Shown here in pieces: positions 38,245 to 48,456 of a stretch of DNA of 57,708 bases (position 1 is the stretch's first letter; every line of letters starts with the position of its first letter). The stretch spans positions 1 to 57,708 of the forward strand of contig JBCCEP010000001.1 of NCBI GenBank assembly GCA_039030215.1, read 5' to 3'. This stretch comes from Pseudomonadota bacterium. GTDB lineage: Bacteria > Pseudomonadota > Alphaproteobacteria > Rhizobiales > Rhizobiaceae. The translations under genes were made by a program, and so were the position numbers. The notes under the pieces are model-generated. The model saw only the letters and a list, made by a program, of their open reading frames with translations. It was not told the DNA's origin and searched no databases.

Positions 38245-39723
38245 TCAGCGCAAGAATGCCGGGATGTTTTCTTCGCCACCAAATGGATGACTTGTATCCA
38301 CGGGCTCCAAAATTCCGACCTCCCGATCGCCCGCATTTGTCCGTCCCGATTTGCGCGCAGCTTTATTTTGCTTGGTGGACCTGGCGCGTTTCGGTTTTTC
38401 TTCGCCAGCCGCTGTTTGCGTCTCGAGTTCAGCTTCTTCGGTCTGCAACGATGTTACTTCAACAGGTTCCTCAATCTCCCGGTCCGACTTGAGATTCCGG
38501 CTGGACTGGCTCTTCCTGGAACCGCGACCGCTTCCCGGCTTCGCTTCCCTGGCTGATTTTGTGCTGCGGCGCCTCTTGCCTGCCTTGTCATCCCATTCGA
38601 CCTGTTCACCATCCCATTCGATGGTTTCACCGATCAGTTTTTCAATCGCTTGGAATGCCTTGCGGTCGGCAGGACTTACCAGCATGAAGGCTGATCCCTT
38701 TCGCCCGGCCCGGCCTGTCCGGCCAATTCGGTGAACATAGTCTTCCGCAGTCACGGGCACATCGAAATTGAAGATGTGGCTGACATCGGGAATATCGAGA
38801 CCACGGGCAGCTACGTCACTGGCAACCAATATCGTAATCTTGTTGCTTCTGAATGCATCAAGCGTTGCCATGCGGCTGGTCTGGTCCATGTCGCCATGCA
38901 GGGCGCCAGCAGAAAAACCATGCCGCTCCAACGACCGCCACAAGTTCGAGACATCGACTTTACGATTACAAAAGACGATGGCATTTTTCAGATTGTCAGC
39001 GCCATTAATCAGCTCGCGTAAAACAGCACGTTTTTCGTAATCCTCCATCGGCACGCCAACCGCCCGCTGATCAATCGTGGCAGATGCAGTGGATGGGGGA
39101 GCCGCTTCGATCTGAACTGGATTTTGTAGAAACTGCCCCGACAATCTTTCGATCTCGGGCGGCATCGTTGCTGAAAAGAACAGCGTCTGACGCGTGAAGG
39201 GTACGAGTTTCGCAATGCGCTCGATATCGGGAATAAATCCCATATCAAGCATGCGGTCAGCTTCATCGATAACCAGAATATCAACACCGGTCATCAGCAG
39301 TTTTCCACGCTCGAAATGATCAAGTAGTCGGCCCGGTGTCGCGATCAGAACGTCCGCACCGCGATCCAGCTTTTTCAACTGCTCCTCGAAGGATACCCCG
39401 CCGATCAATAACGCAACGGTAAGCTTGTGGTTTTGCCCATAGCGTTTGAAATTTTCTTCTACCTGCGCGGCCAATTCACGTGTTGGCTCAAGGATAAGCG
39501 TGCGTGGCATCCTTGCCCGAGCACGGCCTCTTTCGAGCAGGGAAAGCATCGGTAAAACAAAGGATGCGGTCTTTCCGGTTCCGGTTTGCGCGATACCCAT
39601 GACATCACGCTTGTTCAATACTTCAGGAATTGCCTGCGCCTGAATTGCGGTCGGCTCCTTGTACCCGGATGCTTCTACCGCTGCCAGGACCTTCTTACTC
39701 AGGCCGAGATCTTCAAATTTCAT
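38245..39723 (-). CDS. rhlE: DEAD-box ATP-dependent RNA helicase (RhlE-like)
   Basis: Contains the Q motif, AQTGTGKT, DEAD, SAT and HRIGRTGRAG. It has a long basic, low-complexity C-terminal tail. Confidence 0.9.
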   Translation of the reverse strand: MKFEDLGLSKKVLAAVEASGYKEPTAIQAQAIPEVLNKRDVMGIAQTGTGKTASFVLPMLSLLERGRARARMPRTLILEPTRELAAQVEENFKRYGQNHKLTVALLIGGVSFEEQLKKLDRGADVLIATPGRLLDHFERGKLLMTGVDILVIDEADRMLDMGFIPDIERIAKLVPFTRQTLFFSATMPPEIERLSGQFLQNPVQIEAAPPSTASATIDQRAVGVPMEDYEKRAVLRELINGADNLKNAIVFCNRKVDVSNLWRSLERHGFSAGALHGDMDQTSRMATLDAFRSNKITILVASDVAARGLDIPDVSHIFNFDVPVTAEDYVHRIGRTGRAGRKGSAFMLVSPADRKAFQAIEKLIGETIEWDGEQVEWDDKAGKRRRSTKSAREAKPGSGRGSRKSQSSRNLKSDREIEEPVEVTSLQTEEAELETQTAAGEEKPKRARSTKQNKAARKSGRTNAGDREVGILEPVDTSHPFGGEENIPAFLR

Positions 39724-40027
39724 ATTCGGAATGTCTTTTCGTTCGGATTCTCCGGGGTTTCATCAAAAGCCCGGATTTGCCGCTGGCACACTATATACGA
39801 TTCTTCGCCAGCAGCGCTTCTTTGAGCGCGCGGTCTGGATATGCGAAGGGGTAGGTAAAGTCAACCATTTCCCCGAGATTACAATAATTTAAGGGTCGCC
39901 CTAGTACGCATTTCCTCTCCATTGGATCACTTCAACTTTCCAAATTTTTTGTGATCATTTCGGGTGATCTTTTCTTCACTCCAACCCGTAAACCCGGCGT
40001 ATTTACAAATTCAACATGGAGATAACG

Positions 40028-40504
40028 ATGATCAAATTCACAAAATACGCCATCGCAGCTGTTTTTGCAGCAGGTTTTGCTGGTTCCGCATGGGCAGCCG
40101 ATATTGTTGACACAGCCAAGGGCGCAGGTCAGTTCAACACACTGTTGGCTGCTGCCACTGCAGCCGGCTTGGTTGACACCTTGAAAGGCGACGGACCGTT
40201 GACCGTTTTCGCCCCGACCGACGATGCATTTGCAGCGCTGCCGGAAGGTACAGTCGAAAGCCTCTTGAAGCCTGAAAACAAGGACCAGCTGGTCAAGATT
40301 CTGACCTACCATGTGGTACCGGGCAAAGTAATGTCCAGCGATCTGAAAGACGGCATGATGGCCAAGACCGTTGAAGGCGGAGAAGTCAAGATCGATCTCG
40401 CCGACGGAGCCATGGTCAACGACGCAAAGGTTGTTACTGCCGACATCGCTGCCGACAATGGCGTGATCCACGTAATCGACAAGGTAATCATGCCTGGCTC
40501 ATAA
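40028..40504 (+). CDS. Secreted fasciclin (FAS1) domain protein
   Basis: The signal peptide is [23 protein letters not shown]. Fasciclin motifs [10 protein letters not shown] and GVIHVIDKV are present. GGAGA lies upstream of the ATG at 40028, and the ORF opens at 40016. Confidence 0.85.
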   Translation: MIKFTKYAIAAVFAAGFAGSAWAADIVDTAKGAGQFNTLLAAATAAGLVDTLKGDGPLTVFAPTDDAFAALPEGTVESLLKPENKDQLVKILTYHVVPGKVMSSDLKDGMMAKTVEGGEVKIDLADGAMVNDAKVVTADIAADNGVIHVIDKVIMPGS

Positions 40505-40530
40505 GCCTGCATGATCAGACAATGTCTGGA

Positions 40531-40562
40531 ACAGGTCGCTGCAAGGCGGCCTGTTTTTTTTT
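40531..40562 (+). terminator. Rho-independent terminator of the fasciclin gene
   Basis: The stem is ACAGGTCGC/GCGGCCTGT (one G-U pair) with loop TGCAA, followed by T9. The T-tract abuts the parE stop codon. Confidence 0.7.
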
Positions 40563-42597
40563 AGACATCCAACTGTTCATCCGAGGCAAATTCGGCATTG
40601 TCCTGGATGAAACGGAACCGTGCCTCCGGCTTGTTTCCCATCAACTGGTCAACACTCGATTTGGTCGAGTCCGCGTTCAATTCCGGAACCTCAACACGCA
40701 ACAAGGTCCGCTTGGCCGGATCCATGGTCGTTTCCTTCAATTGCGCCGGCATCATTTCGCCCAGACCCTTGAAGCGGCTGATCTCGACCTTCTTGTTGCC
40801 GGAAAATTCTTTCTCCAGCAATTCATCCTTGTGCGGATCGTCGCGCGCGTAGAGCGTTTTTCCGCCCTGGCTGATTTTGTAGAGTGGTGGAACTGCCAGA
40901 TATAAATGGCTGTTGGCAATGAGTTCCGGCATCTCCTGGAAGAAGAAAGTGATCAGCAATGAGGCGATGTGGGCTCCGTCCACATCGGCATCGGTCATGA
41001 TGATGATGCGGTCATATCGCAAATCATCGTCGCGGTACTTTGACCGCGTTCCACATCCTAGCGCTTGAATGAGATCGCTGATTTGCTGGTTCGCCGCCAG
41101 TTTCTCACGGCCCGCAGAAGCGACGTTCAGGATTTTGCCACGCAGAGGCAGGATCGCCTGACTGGCTCGGTCTCTTGCCTGCTTGGCCGAACCGCCGGCA
41201 GAGTCACCCTCCACGATAAACAGCTCTGTGCCGCCCTTCGCACCTGCCGAGCAATCGGCCAGCTTGCCGGGTAGCCGGAGTTTTCGGGTAGCACTCTTTC
41301 TGTTGATCTCGCGCTCCTTGCGCCGGGCGAGACGTTCCTCTGCCCGGTCCAAGACCCATTCGAGAAGTTTGCTTGCCTGGTGCGGGGAGGCGGCCAGCCA
41401 GTGATCAAACGGATCCCGCACTGCGTTCTCGACAATTCGCTGCGCTTCAACGGTCGCCAGCTTGTCCTTGGTCTGGCCGACAAATTCCGGCTCACGGATA
41501 AATACAGACAACATTGCGGCAGCAGCCGTCATGACGTCGTCTGTCGTAATCATCGAAGCCTTCTTGTTGCCGACTATTTCGCCATAGGATTTTAGTCCGC
41601 GGGTCAATGCTATTCTCAGACCGGCTTCATGCGTTCCCCCATCTGGGGTCGGCACCGTATTACAGTAAGAACGGACAAAACCATCATCGGCATGCCAGGC
41701 GACTGCCCATTCCACCGCGCCATGGCCGCTGCTTGCTTCCGTCTTTCCGGCAAACGGTTCGAGGGTGACCTTCGCAGATTTCCCGAGGCTCTCCTCCAGA
41801 TAATCCCGCAATCCGCCGGGAAAATGAAACACAGCTTCGCTCGGCGTGTCATCTTTCTCGCTGATCAGCGATGGATCGCATTTCCATCGAATTTCCACAC
41901 CGCCAAACAAGTATGCTTTCGAGCGCGCCATCCTCATCAAACGGGAAGGTGTGAAGCTGGCACCTTTGCCAAAAATCGTTTCATCGGGCTTGAAACGGAC
42001 TTTAGTACCACGACGGTTATGGACTTCGCCGATATCCTCGAGCGGCGCCAGCGGAATTCCCTGTCGGAACTCCTGCCGGTAAAGACGGCGGTTTCTCGCC
42101 ACCTCGACTTCCAAATGTATCGAAAGCGCATTGACGACGGATACACCCACACCATGCAGACCGCCGGAGGTTTCATAGGCCTTGGAATCGAATTTGCCAC
42201 CAGCATGCAGGATGGTCATCACGACTTCTAGCGAGGATTTTCCCTTGAATTTGGGATGCTCATCGACCGGAATGCCACGCCCGTTATCCGTTACGGAAAG
42301 ATAGCCCTGGCTGTCCAATTCGACTTCAATTCGGGTGGCATGGCCTGCTACGGCCTCATCCATTGAATTGTCGATAACCTCGGCGAACAGGTGATGCATC
42401 GCCTTTTCATCGGTACCACCGATATACATGCCCGGTCGTCTGCGAACCGGCTCAAGGCCTTCCAGCACCTCGATGTCGGTCGCGCTGTACCCGCTTTCGC
42501 TCGGCTGCGCTGCTTTCTTGCTGGACCTGGTCCTTGAACTGCTTTCAGATTGTGATTTTGTCTGCATGGCAGAAAATAGGTCGTCACTACTATCCAT
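40561..42597 (-). CDS. parE: DNA topoisomerase IV subunit B
   Basis: 678 aa with GHKL ATPase motifs (EVIDNSMDEA, DNGRGIP, GGLHGVG) and a Toprim domain (EGDSAGG). It is too short for GyrB, and it has a Ser-rich N-terminal extension. Confidence 0.93.
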   Translation of the reverse strand: MDSSDDLFSAMQTKSQSESSSRTRSSKKAAQPSESGYSATDIEVLEGLEPVRRRPGMYIGGTDEKAMHHLFAEVIDNSMDEAVAGHATRIEVELDSQGYLSVTDNGRGIPVDEHPKFKGKSSLEVVMTILHAGGKFDSKAYETSGGLHGVGVSVVNALSIHLEVEVARNRRLYRQEFRQGIPLAPLEDIGEVHNRRGTKVRFKPDETIFGKGASFTPSRLMRMARSKAYLFGGVEIRWKCDPSLISEKDDTPSEAVFHFPGGLRDYLEESLGKSAKVTLEPFAGKTEASSGHGAVEWAVAWHADDGFVRSYCNTVPTPDGGTHEAGLRIALTRGLKSYGEIVGNKKASMITTDDVMTAAAAMLSVFIREPEFVGQTKDKLATVEAQRIVENAVRDPFDHWLAASPHQASKLLEWVLDRAEERLARRKEREINRKSATRKLRLPGKLADCSAGAKGGTELFIVEGDSAGGSAKQARDRASQAILPLRGKILNVASAGREKLAANQQISDLIQALGCGTRSKYRDDDLRYDRIIIMTDADVDGAHIASLLITFFFQEMPELIANSHLYLAVPPLYKISQGGKTLYARDDPHKDELLEKEFSGNKKVEISRFKGLGEMMPAQLKETTMDPAKRTLLRVEVPELNADSTKSSVDQLMGNKPEARFRFIQDNAEFASDEQLDV

Positions 42598-42738
42598 GGA
42601 TGTGCCGCATCCTTTTAAAAAGAATCATAAAGAAATCTTACCGTTTTGAGGCGCCAATTGCGACCGTTACCAAGGTCGAACGCCAGAAATCAGGCAGCGA
42701 AGCCCGCGAATCATGGTTGATTAAATGAAAGATGAATC

Positions 42739-42780
42739 AAAAAGGGGCAGGGCTTTCAACCCTGCCACCTTTTTGTTTTG
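42739..42780. terminator. Bidirectional-looking intrinsic terminator
   Basis: The stem is GGCAGGG/CCCTGCC with a 7-nt loop. It is flanked by A5 on one side and T5GT4 on the other. It sits between the small-ORF pair and the parE upstream region. Confidence 0.6.
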
Positions 42781-42799
42781 AGGATGGACTTAGTGGTAA

Positions 42800-42928
42800 T
42801 CAGGCAAATACTGCCGTGATCCCCGCCAAACCGGCGCATATCATCGCTACTGAAACGACAACGATGCTCGCAGCCGAATGGTCTTCTACGTGTTCCACTT
42901 CCCTCAAATGGTCTTCTGGGAAGGTCAT
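42800..42928 (-). CDS. Candidate 42-aa tail-anchored small protein (copy B)
   Basis: An internal ATG of ORF 42800..42991 gives MTFPEDHLREVEHVEDHSAASIVVVSVAMICAGLAGITAVFA. AAGGAA lies upstream and the terminator 42739-42780 lies downstream. Confidence 0.35.
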   Translation of the reverse strand: MTFPEDHLREVEHVEDHSAASIVVVSVAMICAGLAGITAVFA

Positions 42929-43004
42929 TTTGTTTCCTTTAATCACACTCCCCCCTTTCACTGTAGATGGGGTTTGTTTTTGCCGGTTCAAGCTCCCTCG
43001 AACC

Positions 43005-43130
43005 TTAAATTGAGTTGGCTAACAGTAACATCACGACAAATGACAAACTTGTTGAAATTACAACAACTTTTGTCATCGCATGATGCGAGGAAGTGACGCC
43101 TTGACGCGCTTTGATGATATTGTATTCCAT
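43005..43130 (-). CDS. Candidate 41-aa tail-anchored small protein (copy A)
   Basis: An internal ATG of ORF 43005..43226 gives MEYNIIKARQGVTSSHHAMTKVVVISTSLSFVVMLLLANSI. AGGAGA lies 7 nt upstream. Confidence 0.35.
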   Translation of the reverse strand: MEYNIIKARQGVTSSHHAMTKVVVISTSLSFVVMLLLANSI

Positions 43131-43254
43131 TTGGTTTCTCCTGACTGGCGAATTGATCTCGCCAACAAAACCCCGGCCCGTCAGAACCGTACAAGATAGA
43201 TGGGGCGCAGGCAGATAACCTTCCAATCACGTTGGAATTACAAATTCGTCAGAC

Positions 43255-43280
43255 AAAAAAGGGAGGCTGGTTAGCCTCCC
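43255..43280 (-). terminator. Rho-independent terminator of the BA14K gene
   Basis: A perfect 8-bp stem GGGAGGCT/AGCCTCCC with loop GGTT. A6 precedes it on the plus strand, which is T6 after the hairpin on the minus strand. Confidence 0.65.
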
Positions 43281-43299
43281 TGAAATAGTTATGTGGAAA

Positions 43300-43929
43300 T
43301 TATCGAACGACGCAAAGATGGCGCTTCCCGTCATAACCCAGATAGGTTCCGGTCTGTTCGTCAAAACTGCGGAATCTCGCGCGGCAATACTCGAACCAGG
43401 CCGGGGATCCGGGTTCAGTGCCGGCAATCTGGGAGTTCTGGCCCACTGTGTCCTCATAAGTCAGAACTTTCGGGGGCTGTTCGTCCTTGTAGATGCTGCC
43501 GGTCTTGCCGTTATACGGCTCATACTCTTCATATCGCTCATATTCGGAATATGGCCGCCGATAACCTTCTGAATAGACAGGTGGTGCCGGATAGATCGGT
43601 GGCGATGTATAGACCGGTTCGGGATAGGAATAGGCAACAGGAGGCGGCTCGTAAATCACCGTCGGGGGTGCATAATAGGGCTGGACCGCATAGACCGGGG
43701 GCGCAACCAGCGAGCCGATCAGAAATCCGGCAATTCCGGCGCCAAGAACCTCGCCACCGCGATAGCCATGACGTCTGTGTTTATAGCCGCCATGCTTGTA
43801 ATGTTTGCCATGATAGCCTTTGCGGTGTTTCGGGCCGGCCTCTGCTTCCGAAACAGCGGATAACATTATCGTTCCTGTAAATGCAGCGGCTAACAATGCG
43901 ACGGGTAATCTGGTAGTGAGTCGAACCAT
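43300..43929 (-). CDS. BA14K family protein: secreted, with a Pro/Tyr-rich middle region
   Basis: The C-terminal WFEYCRARFRSFDEQTGTYLGYDGKRHLC is the BA14K signature first described in Brucella. The signal peptide is MVRLTTRLPVALLAAAFTGTIMLSAVSEAEA. A basic His/Lys/Tyr stretch and a PPxY-like repetitive region are present. Confidence 0.85.
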   Translation of the reverse strand: MVRLTTRLPVALLAAAFTGTIMLSAVSEAEAGPKHRKGYHGKHYKHGGYKHRRHGYRGGEVLGAGIAGFLIGSLVAPPVYAVQPYYAPPTVIYEPPPVAYSYPEPVYTSPPIYPAPPVYSEGYRRPYSEYERYEEYEPYNGKTGSIYKDEQPPKVLTYEDTVGQNSQIAGTEPGSPAWFEYCRARFRSFDEQTGTYLGYDGKRHLCVVR

Positions 43930-44090
43930 ATCAATTTCCTCGGGCCTATTTCGGCGCAAACATCAATCCGTTTAACAGACTGTATTTCATCATGGCGCTG
44001 AATGTGGCAGAACGAGGCTGAACACAAGCTGAACGACATAAATTTCTTTCAAGTCGTTCTTCTGCCAACACTTCTCCAGATTTCGGGACC

Positions 44091-45764
44091 ATGACAAATC
44101 CACCTGATATTCTTCGTATTGCGATAGCCCAATTGAACCCGATTGTGGGCGATGTTGCGGGAAATCTTGCCCTGGCACGGGAAGCAAGGGCCGATGCCGC
44201 GCGAATGAACGCTGATCTGGTAGTTTTCACCGAATTGTTCATCGCGGGCTACCCGCCCGAGGATCTGGTGCTCAAATCCGCCTTCGTCGAAGAATGCATG
44301 GAGGCTGTTGAAAGACTGTCAGAAGATACAGTCGATGGCGGGCCGGGCATCATCATCGGGAGTCCGCAACGGACGAACAAAGGTTTGTTTAATTCAATTG
44401 CCGTTTTGGATGCTGGCGAGGTCCAGAGTTGGCGGCAAAAAGTGGATCTCCCGAACTACGGTGTCTTTGACGAAAAACGCGTTTTCGACACCGGAGAAAT
44501 GCCCGGACCGCTGAATTTTCGCGGGGTAAGGCTGGGTGTGCCGATCTGCGAGGATATTTGGGGCGACCTCGGCGTGTGCGAAACACTGGCTGAATCCGGG
44601 GCAGAATTGTTGATCGTCCCGAACGGTTCACCCTACAACCGCGAAAAAATGGATATCCGCTACCAGGTGGTCATCAAGCAGATCATCGAGAGTGGCCTTC
44701 CGACCATCTACGCAAATCAGTTGGGTGGACAGGACGAGTTGGTATTCGACGGCGGTTCATTCGTGATCAATGCCGACCATAAATTGGCCGTTCAGATGAA
44801 CCAGTTCGAGCCGAGCACCATTGTCACTACCTGGCGTCGTGAGGATGATAGCTGGAAATGCGATGACGGCGTGAAGGCCAATCTGCCTGAAATCCTGGAA
44901 AGCGACTGGCGGGCCTGCGTCATGGGCTTGCGCGACTATGTAAACAAGAACCACTTCAATAATGTCGTTTTGGGCCTTTCCGGCGGCATTGATTCTGCGG
45001 TCTGTGCCGCCATGGCAGTCGACGCGCTGGGTGAGGAGCGGGTCCGCTGCGTCATGCTTCCCTATGTCTATACATCGCAGGAGAGCCATACCGATGCAGA
45101 AGCCTGCGCAAAAGCACTGGGCGTCCGTTATCAGGTGGTTCCAATTTCCGAACCGGTCGAGGGTTTTCTCAGCGCCCTTGAACCGCTGTTTGAAGGGACA
45201 AACTCGGGAATAACCGAAGAAAATCTGCAATCTCGGACCCGTGGCACCATCCTGATGGCAATATCCAACAAGTTCGGGTCAATGGTAGTGACGACCGGCA
45301 ACAAGAGCGAAATGTCGGTTGGATATGCCACCCTGTATGGCGATATGAATGGCGGCTTTAATCCGATCAAGGACCTGTACAAGATGCAGGTCTATGCGTT
45401 GGCCGAATGGCGCAACAAGAATGTGCCGCCGGATTGCCTTGGCCCGGGCGGGGAGGTCATCCCTGCAAATATCATTTCAAAGGCGCCATCTGCCGAACTG
45501 CGCGAAGATCAGACGGACCAGGATTCACTGCCGCCATATCCCGCGCTGGACGATATTCTCGAATGTCTTGTCGAGCAGGAGATGCCGGTCGAGAAAGTCA
45601 TTGCGCGCGGGCATGATCGCGAAACCGTCGAACGCATCGAACACCTGCTGTATATAGCAGAGTACAAGCGGCGTCAGGCAGCGCCGGGCGTCAAGATAAC
45701 CCGCAAGAGCTTTGGTCGCGACAGACGATATCCGATTACCAATCGGTTCAGGGACCGGGATTGA
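44091..45764 (+). CDS. nadE: Glutamine-dependent NAD+ synthetase
   Basis: 557 aa. The N-terminal nitrilase/CN-hydrolase domain has ELFIAGYPPED and ICEDIW. The C-terminal synthetase domain has the LGLSGGIDS P-loop. Confidence 0.95.
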   Translation: MTNPPDILRIAIAQLNPIVGDVAGNLALAREARADAARMNADLVVFTELFIAGYPPEDLVLKSAFVEECMEAVERLSEDTVDGGPGIIIGSPQRTNKGLFNSIAVLDAGEVQSWRQKVDLPNYGVFDEKRVFDTGEMPGPLNFRGVRLGVPICEDIWGDLGVCETLAESGAELLIVPNGSPYNREKMDIRYQVVIKQIIESGLPTIYANQLGGQDELVFDGGSFVINADHKLAVQMNQFEPSTIVTTWRREDDSWKCDDGVKANLPEILESDWRACVMGLRDYVNKNHFNNVVLGLSGGIDSAVCAAMAVDALGEERVRCVMLPYVYTSQESHTDAEACAKALGVRYQVVPISEPVEGFLSALEPLFEGTNSGITEENLQSRTRGTILMAISNKFGSMVVTTGNKSEMSVGYATLYGDMNGGFNPIKDLYKMQVYALAEWRNKNVPPDCLGPGGEVIPANIISKAPSAELREDQTDQDSLPPYPALDDILECLVEQEMPVEKVIARGHDRETVERIEHLLYIAEYKRRQAAPGVKITRKSFGRDRRYPITNRFRDRD

Positions 45765-45871
45765 ATTATCATCCCACCGGGAAATTGATAAGCCTGCCAG
45801 CTGACGCCTGGTGGAACATTCGCTTCCAAAATTGGCATTGCATTTGAGACGGATAGGAATATAGCAGCCAA

Positions 45872-47098
45872 ATGCAATTCTTTGCCTTCTTGCGAGACAA
45901 TGCCCGCTGGATCGCCGGCGGTTTTTTGCTGACGCTTTTTTCAAGCTTCGGCCAGACCTTTTTCATTGCACTATCTGCTGGCGAAATCCGGGCAGAATAC
46001 GATCTGTCGCACGGTGAATTCGGCGGCATATATATGGTCGCGACCCTTGCCAGCGCCTTGACCTTTCCCTGGATTGGCCAGCTGGTTGACTATTATACGG
46101 TTCGCAGGATTTCGGCATTTACAATTCTGGCTTTGATATGCGCCTGTCTGGCGATGATGATATCTACTCATCTGGCTGCACTGGTCCTGGCGATTTATGC
46201 GCTTCGCCTGTTTGGGCAGGGCATGATGTTCCACATTGCACAGACAGCCATGGGCAAGTGGTATGCGGGCAATCGCGGGCAGGCGGTCGCGACAACCTCA
46301 ATTGGTGTCAATTTTGGCGAGGCATTGTTTCCGATTATCTTTGTCGCCTTTGCGGGGTTCTACGGTTGGCGCAACGCCTGGCTGGCATCGGCCGTTTTGC
46401 TCCTATTGGTACTCCCCGTAATTGCTGCTTTATTCAGCCGCGAACGAACGCCACGGAGCACCGACCCGCAGGCCAAGGGATATGGGGTCCGCGACTGGAC
46501 CCGAAGCGAGGTGCTCCGCGATCCGCTGTTTTATGCTTTGCAAATCGGCGTGCTTGCGCCGGCCTTCATCGGAACAACGATTTTTTTCCACCAGGTGCAT
46601 CTGGCGGACCTGCGTGGTTGGTCGATGGAGACAGTGGCAACCACTTATATTGTCATGTCGGTTTCGGTGATCAGCTTCGCGCTGATCGCAGGCCAGTTGA
46701 TTGACAAATTCTCTGCTTTGCAATTGCTTCCGGCCTTTCTATTGCCGTTGGCAGCAGCATGTTTGGTGCTGTCCCAGTTTGAAGCCCAGTGGAGCGCTTT
46801 CGTTTTCATGGGCATGCTGGGAATCTCTTATGGACTTTCATCCAGCCTGTTTGGGGCAGTCTGGCCGGAACTTTATGGCACGAAGCATTTGGGCGCGATC
46901 CGGTCCGTGGTAATCGCCATGATGGTTTTCGGTACGGCTGCTGGCCCGGGCGTAACCGGCTATTTAATTGACGTCGGCATAGGATTTCCCTTGCAGATAA
47001 CCGTCATGGGCCTTTATTGCCTTGCCGCAACACTCTTGATGATGATTGCCACGCGCGTGGCGATTGCCCGAACAAATCCCGTGGAATCCTCACTATGA
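45872..47098 (+). CDS. MFS transporter
   Basis: 408 aa with about 12 TM segments and MFS-like loop motifs. Confidence 0.85.
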   Translation: MQFFAFLRDNARWIAGGFLLTLFSSFGQTFFIALSAGEIRAEYDLSHGEFGGIYMVATLASALTFPWIGQLVDYYTVRRISAFTILALICACLAMMISTHLAALVLAIYALRLFGQGMMFHIAQTAMGKWYAGNRGQAVATTSIGVNFGEALFPIIFVAFAGFYGWRNAWLASAVLLLLVLPVIAALFSRERTPRSTDPQAKGYGVRDWTRSEVLRDPLFYALQIGVLAPAFIGTTIFFHQVHLADLRGWSMETVATTYIVMSVSVISFALIAGQLIDKFSALQLLPAFLLPLAAACLVLSQFEAQWSAFVFMGMLGISYGLSSSLFGAVWPELYGTKHLGAIRSVVIAMMVFGTAAGPGVTGYLIDVGIGFPLQITVMGLYCLAATLLMMIATRVAIARTNPVESSL

Positions 47099-48456
47099 CT
47101 TCAAAGGTACGATTTGCCCCTTCGCCGACCGGCAACATCCATATCGGAAATGCCCGCACGGCGTTGATCAACTGGATTTTTGCCCAGCAGAATGAAGGTG
47201 ATTTCATTCTGCGCTTCGATGACACCGATACCGCCAGGTCCAAGCAGGAATTTGCAGACGGAAATCTCAGAGACCTTCGCTGGCTTGGTATCGAACCCGA
47301 CCAGATTGAATACCAGTCGAAACGAACCGATTCCTACCGGAAAATAACAGACGATTTGATAGCCCGTGGCCTTTTATATGCCTGCTATGAGACGCCGGAG
47401 GAACTCGACAGGAAGCGCAAACGGCTGGCGGCGAGGGGCAAACCGCCGGTTTATGACAGGACTGGGTTGAGACTGACGGATGAAGACCGCGCCGCTCTTG
47501 AAGAAGAAGGTCGTCAACCGCATTGGCGGTTCGTCTTGCCCAATTATGACGAAGATCCCTTCGCGCCGAAACGAACCGAAATACATTGGGATGATCTGGT
47601 GCGCGGTCAGCAAACCGTCGATCTTGCCTCGATTTCCGATCCTGTTCTCGTACGCGCTGATGGCAGCTGGCTTTATACCTTGCCGAGTGTCATTGATGAT
47701 ATCGAGATGGGCGTCACCCAGATAATCAGGGGGGATGATCACGTCACGAATACCGGTGTTCAACTGGCGCTTTTCGATGTTCTTGGCGCTGACGCGCCAC
47801 AGTTTGGCCACCACAATCTCCTGACGACCGCCAGCGGTGAGGGGCTTTCAAAGCGTCTCGGATCGCTATCTATTCAGAGCTTGGCCGAGGACGGTTATGA
47901 ACCCATGGCGGTTGCGTCATTGGCTGTCCTCATTGGTGCTGCCGGTGCAGTCGAGGCGATGCCGTCCATGTCGGCATTGGTCGAACGGTTCGATATCTCC
48001 GCGATCGGAAAGTCAGCAGCAAAATTTGACATGTCGGAACTGGACAGTCTCAACAGAAGGCTGGTGCGCGATCTCGAATGGAGCGATGTCGAGGACCGCT
48101 TTGGCGACGAGGCGTTTGGCGGACATGGTTCGAAGTTCTGGCCTGCTATCCGCGAAAACCTGGAAAAGGTAACCGAAGCTGAGGATTGGTGGCAGCGCAT
48201 TATGGACGCCGAACCTGTCATAGATCCTGAAGACAAGGACTATATTGGACTGTCGAAGGAATTTCTGCCACCTGAACCGCTCGATGAGAACGCCTGGAAA
48301 TCATGGACCGACGCTCTAAAGGTACCCAGTGGCAGGAAGGGCAAGGCCTTGTTCATGCCATTGCGTAAAGCACTGACCGGAATGGATCACGGCCCGGATA
48401 TGGCAAAAATTCTGCCGATTATTGGACGGGAAAGAACGATGGCCCGACTATCCTGA
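47095..48456 (+). CDS. gltX: Glutamate--tRNA ligase
   Basis: Starts at [22 protein letters not shown] (HIGH motif). GLSKRLGS is the KMSKS equivalent. The ATG overlaps the MFS stop (ATGA). Confidence 0.93.
   Translation: MTSKVRFAPSPTGNIHIGNARTALINWIFAQQNEGDFILRFDDTDTARSKQEFADGNLRDLRWLGIEPDQIEYQSKRTDSYRKITDDLIARGLLYACYETPEELDRKRKRLAARGKPPVYDRTGLRLTDEDRAALEEEGRQPHWRFVLPNYDEDPFAPKRTEIHWDDLVRGQQTVDLASISDPVLVRADGSWLYTLPSVIDDIEMGVTQIIRGDDHVTNTGVQLALFDVLGADAPQFGHHNLLTTASGEGLSKRLGSLSIQSLAEDGYEPMAVASLAVLIGAAGAVEAMPSMSALVERFDISAIGKSAAKFDMSELDSLNRRLVRDLEWSDVEDRFGDEAFGGHGSKFWPAIRENLEKVTEAEDWWQRIMDAEPVIDPEDKDYIGLSKEFLPPEPLDENAWKSWTDALKVPSGRKGKALFMPLRKALTGMDHGPDMAKILPIIGRERTMARLS

Noticed and set aside
39784-39798. 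A TGGCAC hexamer upstream of the fasciclin gene, considered as a sigma-54 -24 element.
   Set aside because: The -12 position reads ATAC instead of TTGC (TGGCACACTATATAC), and it lies more than 200 nt from the start codon. It is probably a chance match.
42732-43096. Plus-strand ORFs 42732..43013 (93 aa) and 42878..43096 (72 aa) in the parE-BA14K gap.
   Set aside because: They have no ribosome-binding sites, and one starts inside a terminator hairpin. Their sequences are not protein-like. The minus-strand mini-ORFs with SD sequences explain the region better.
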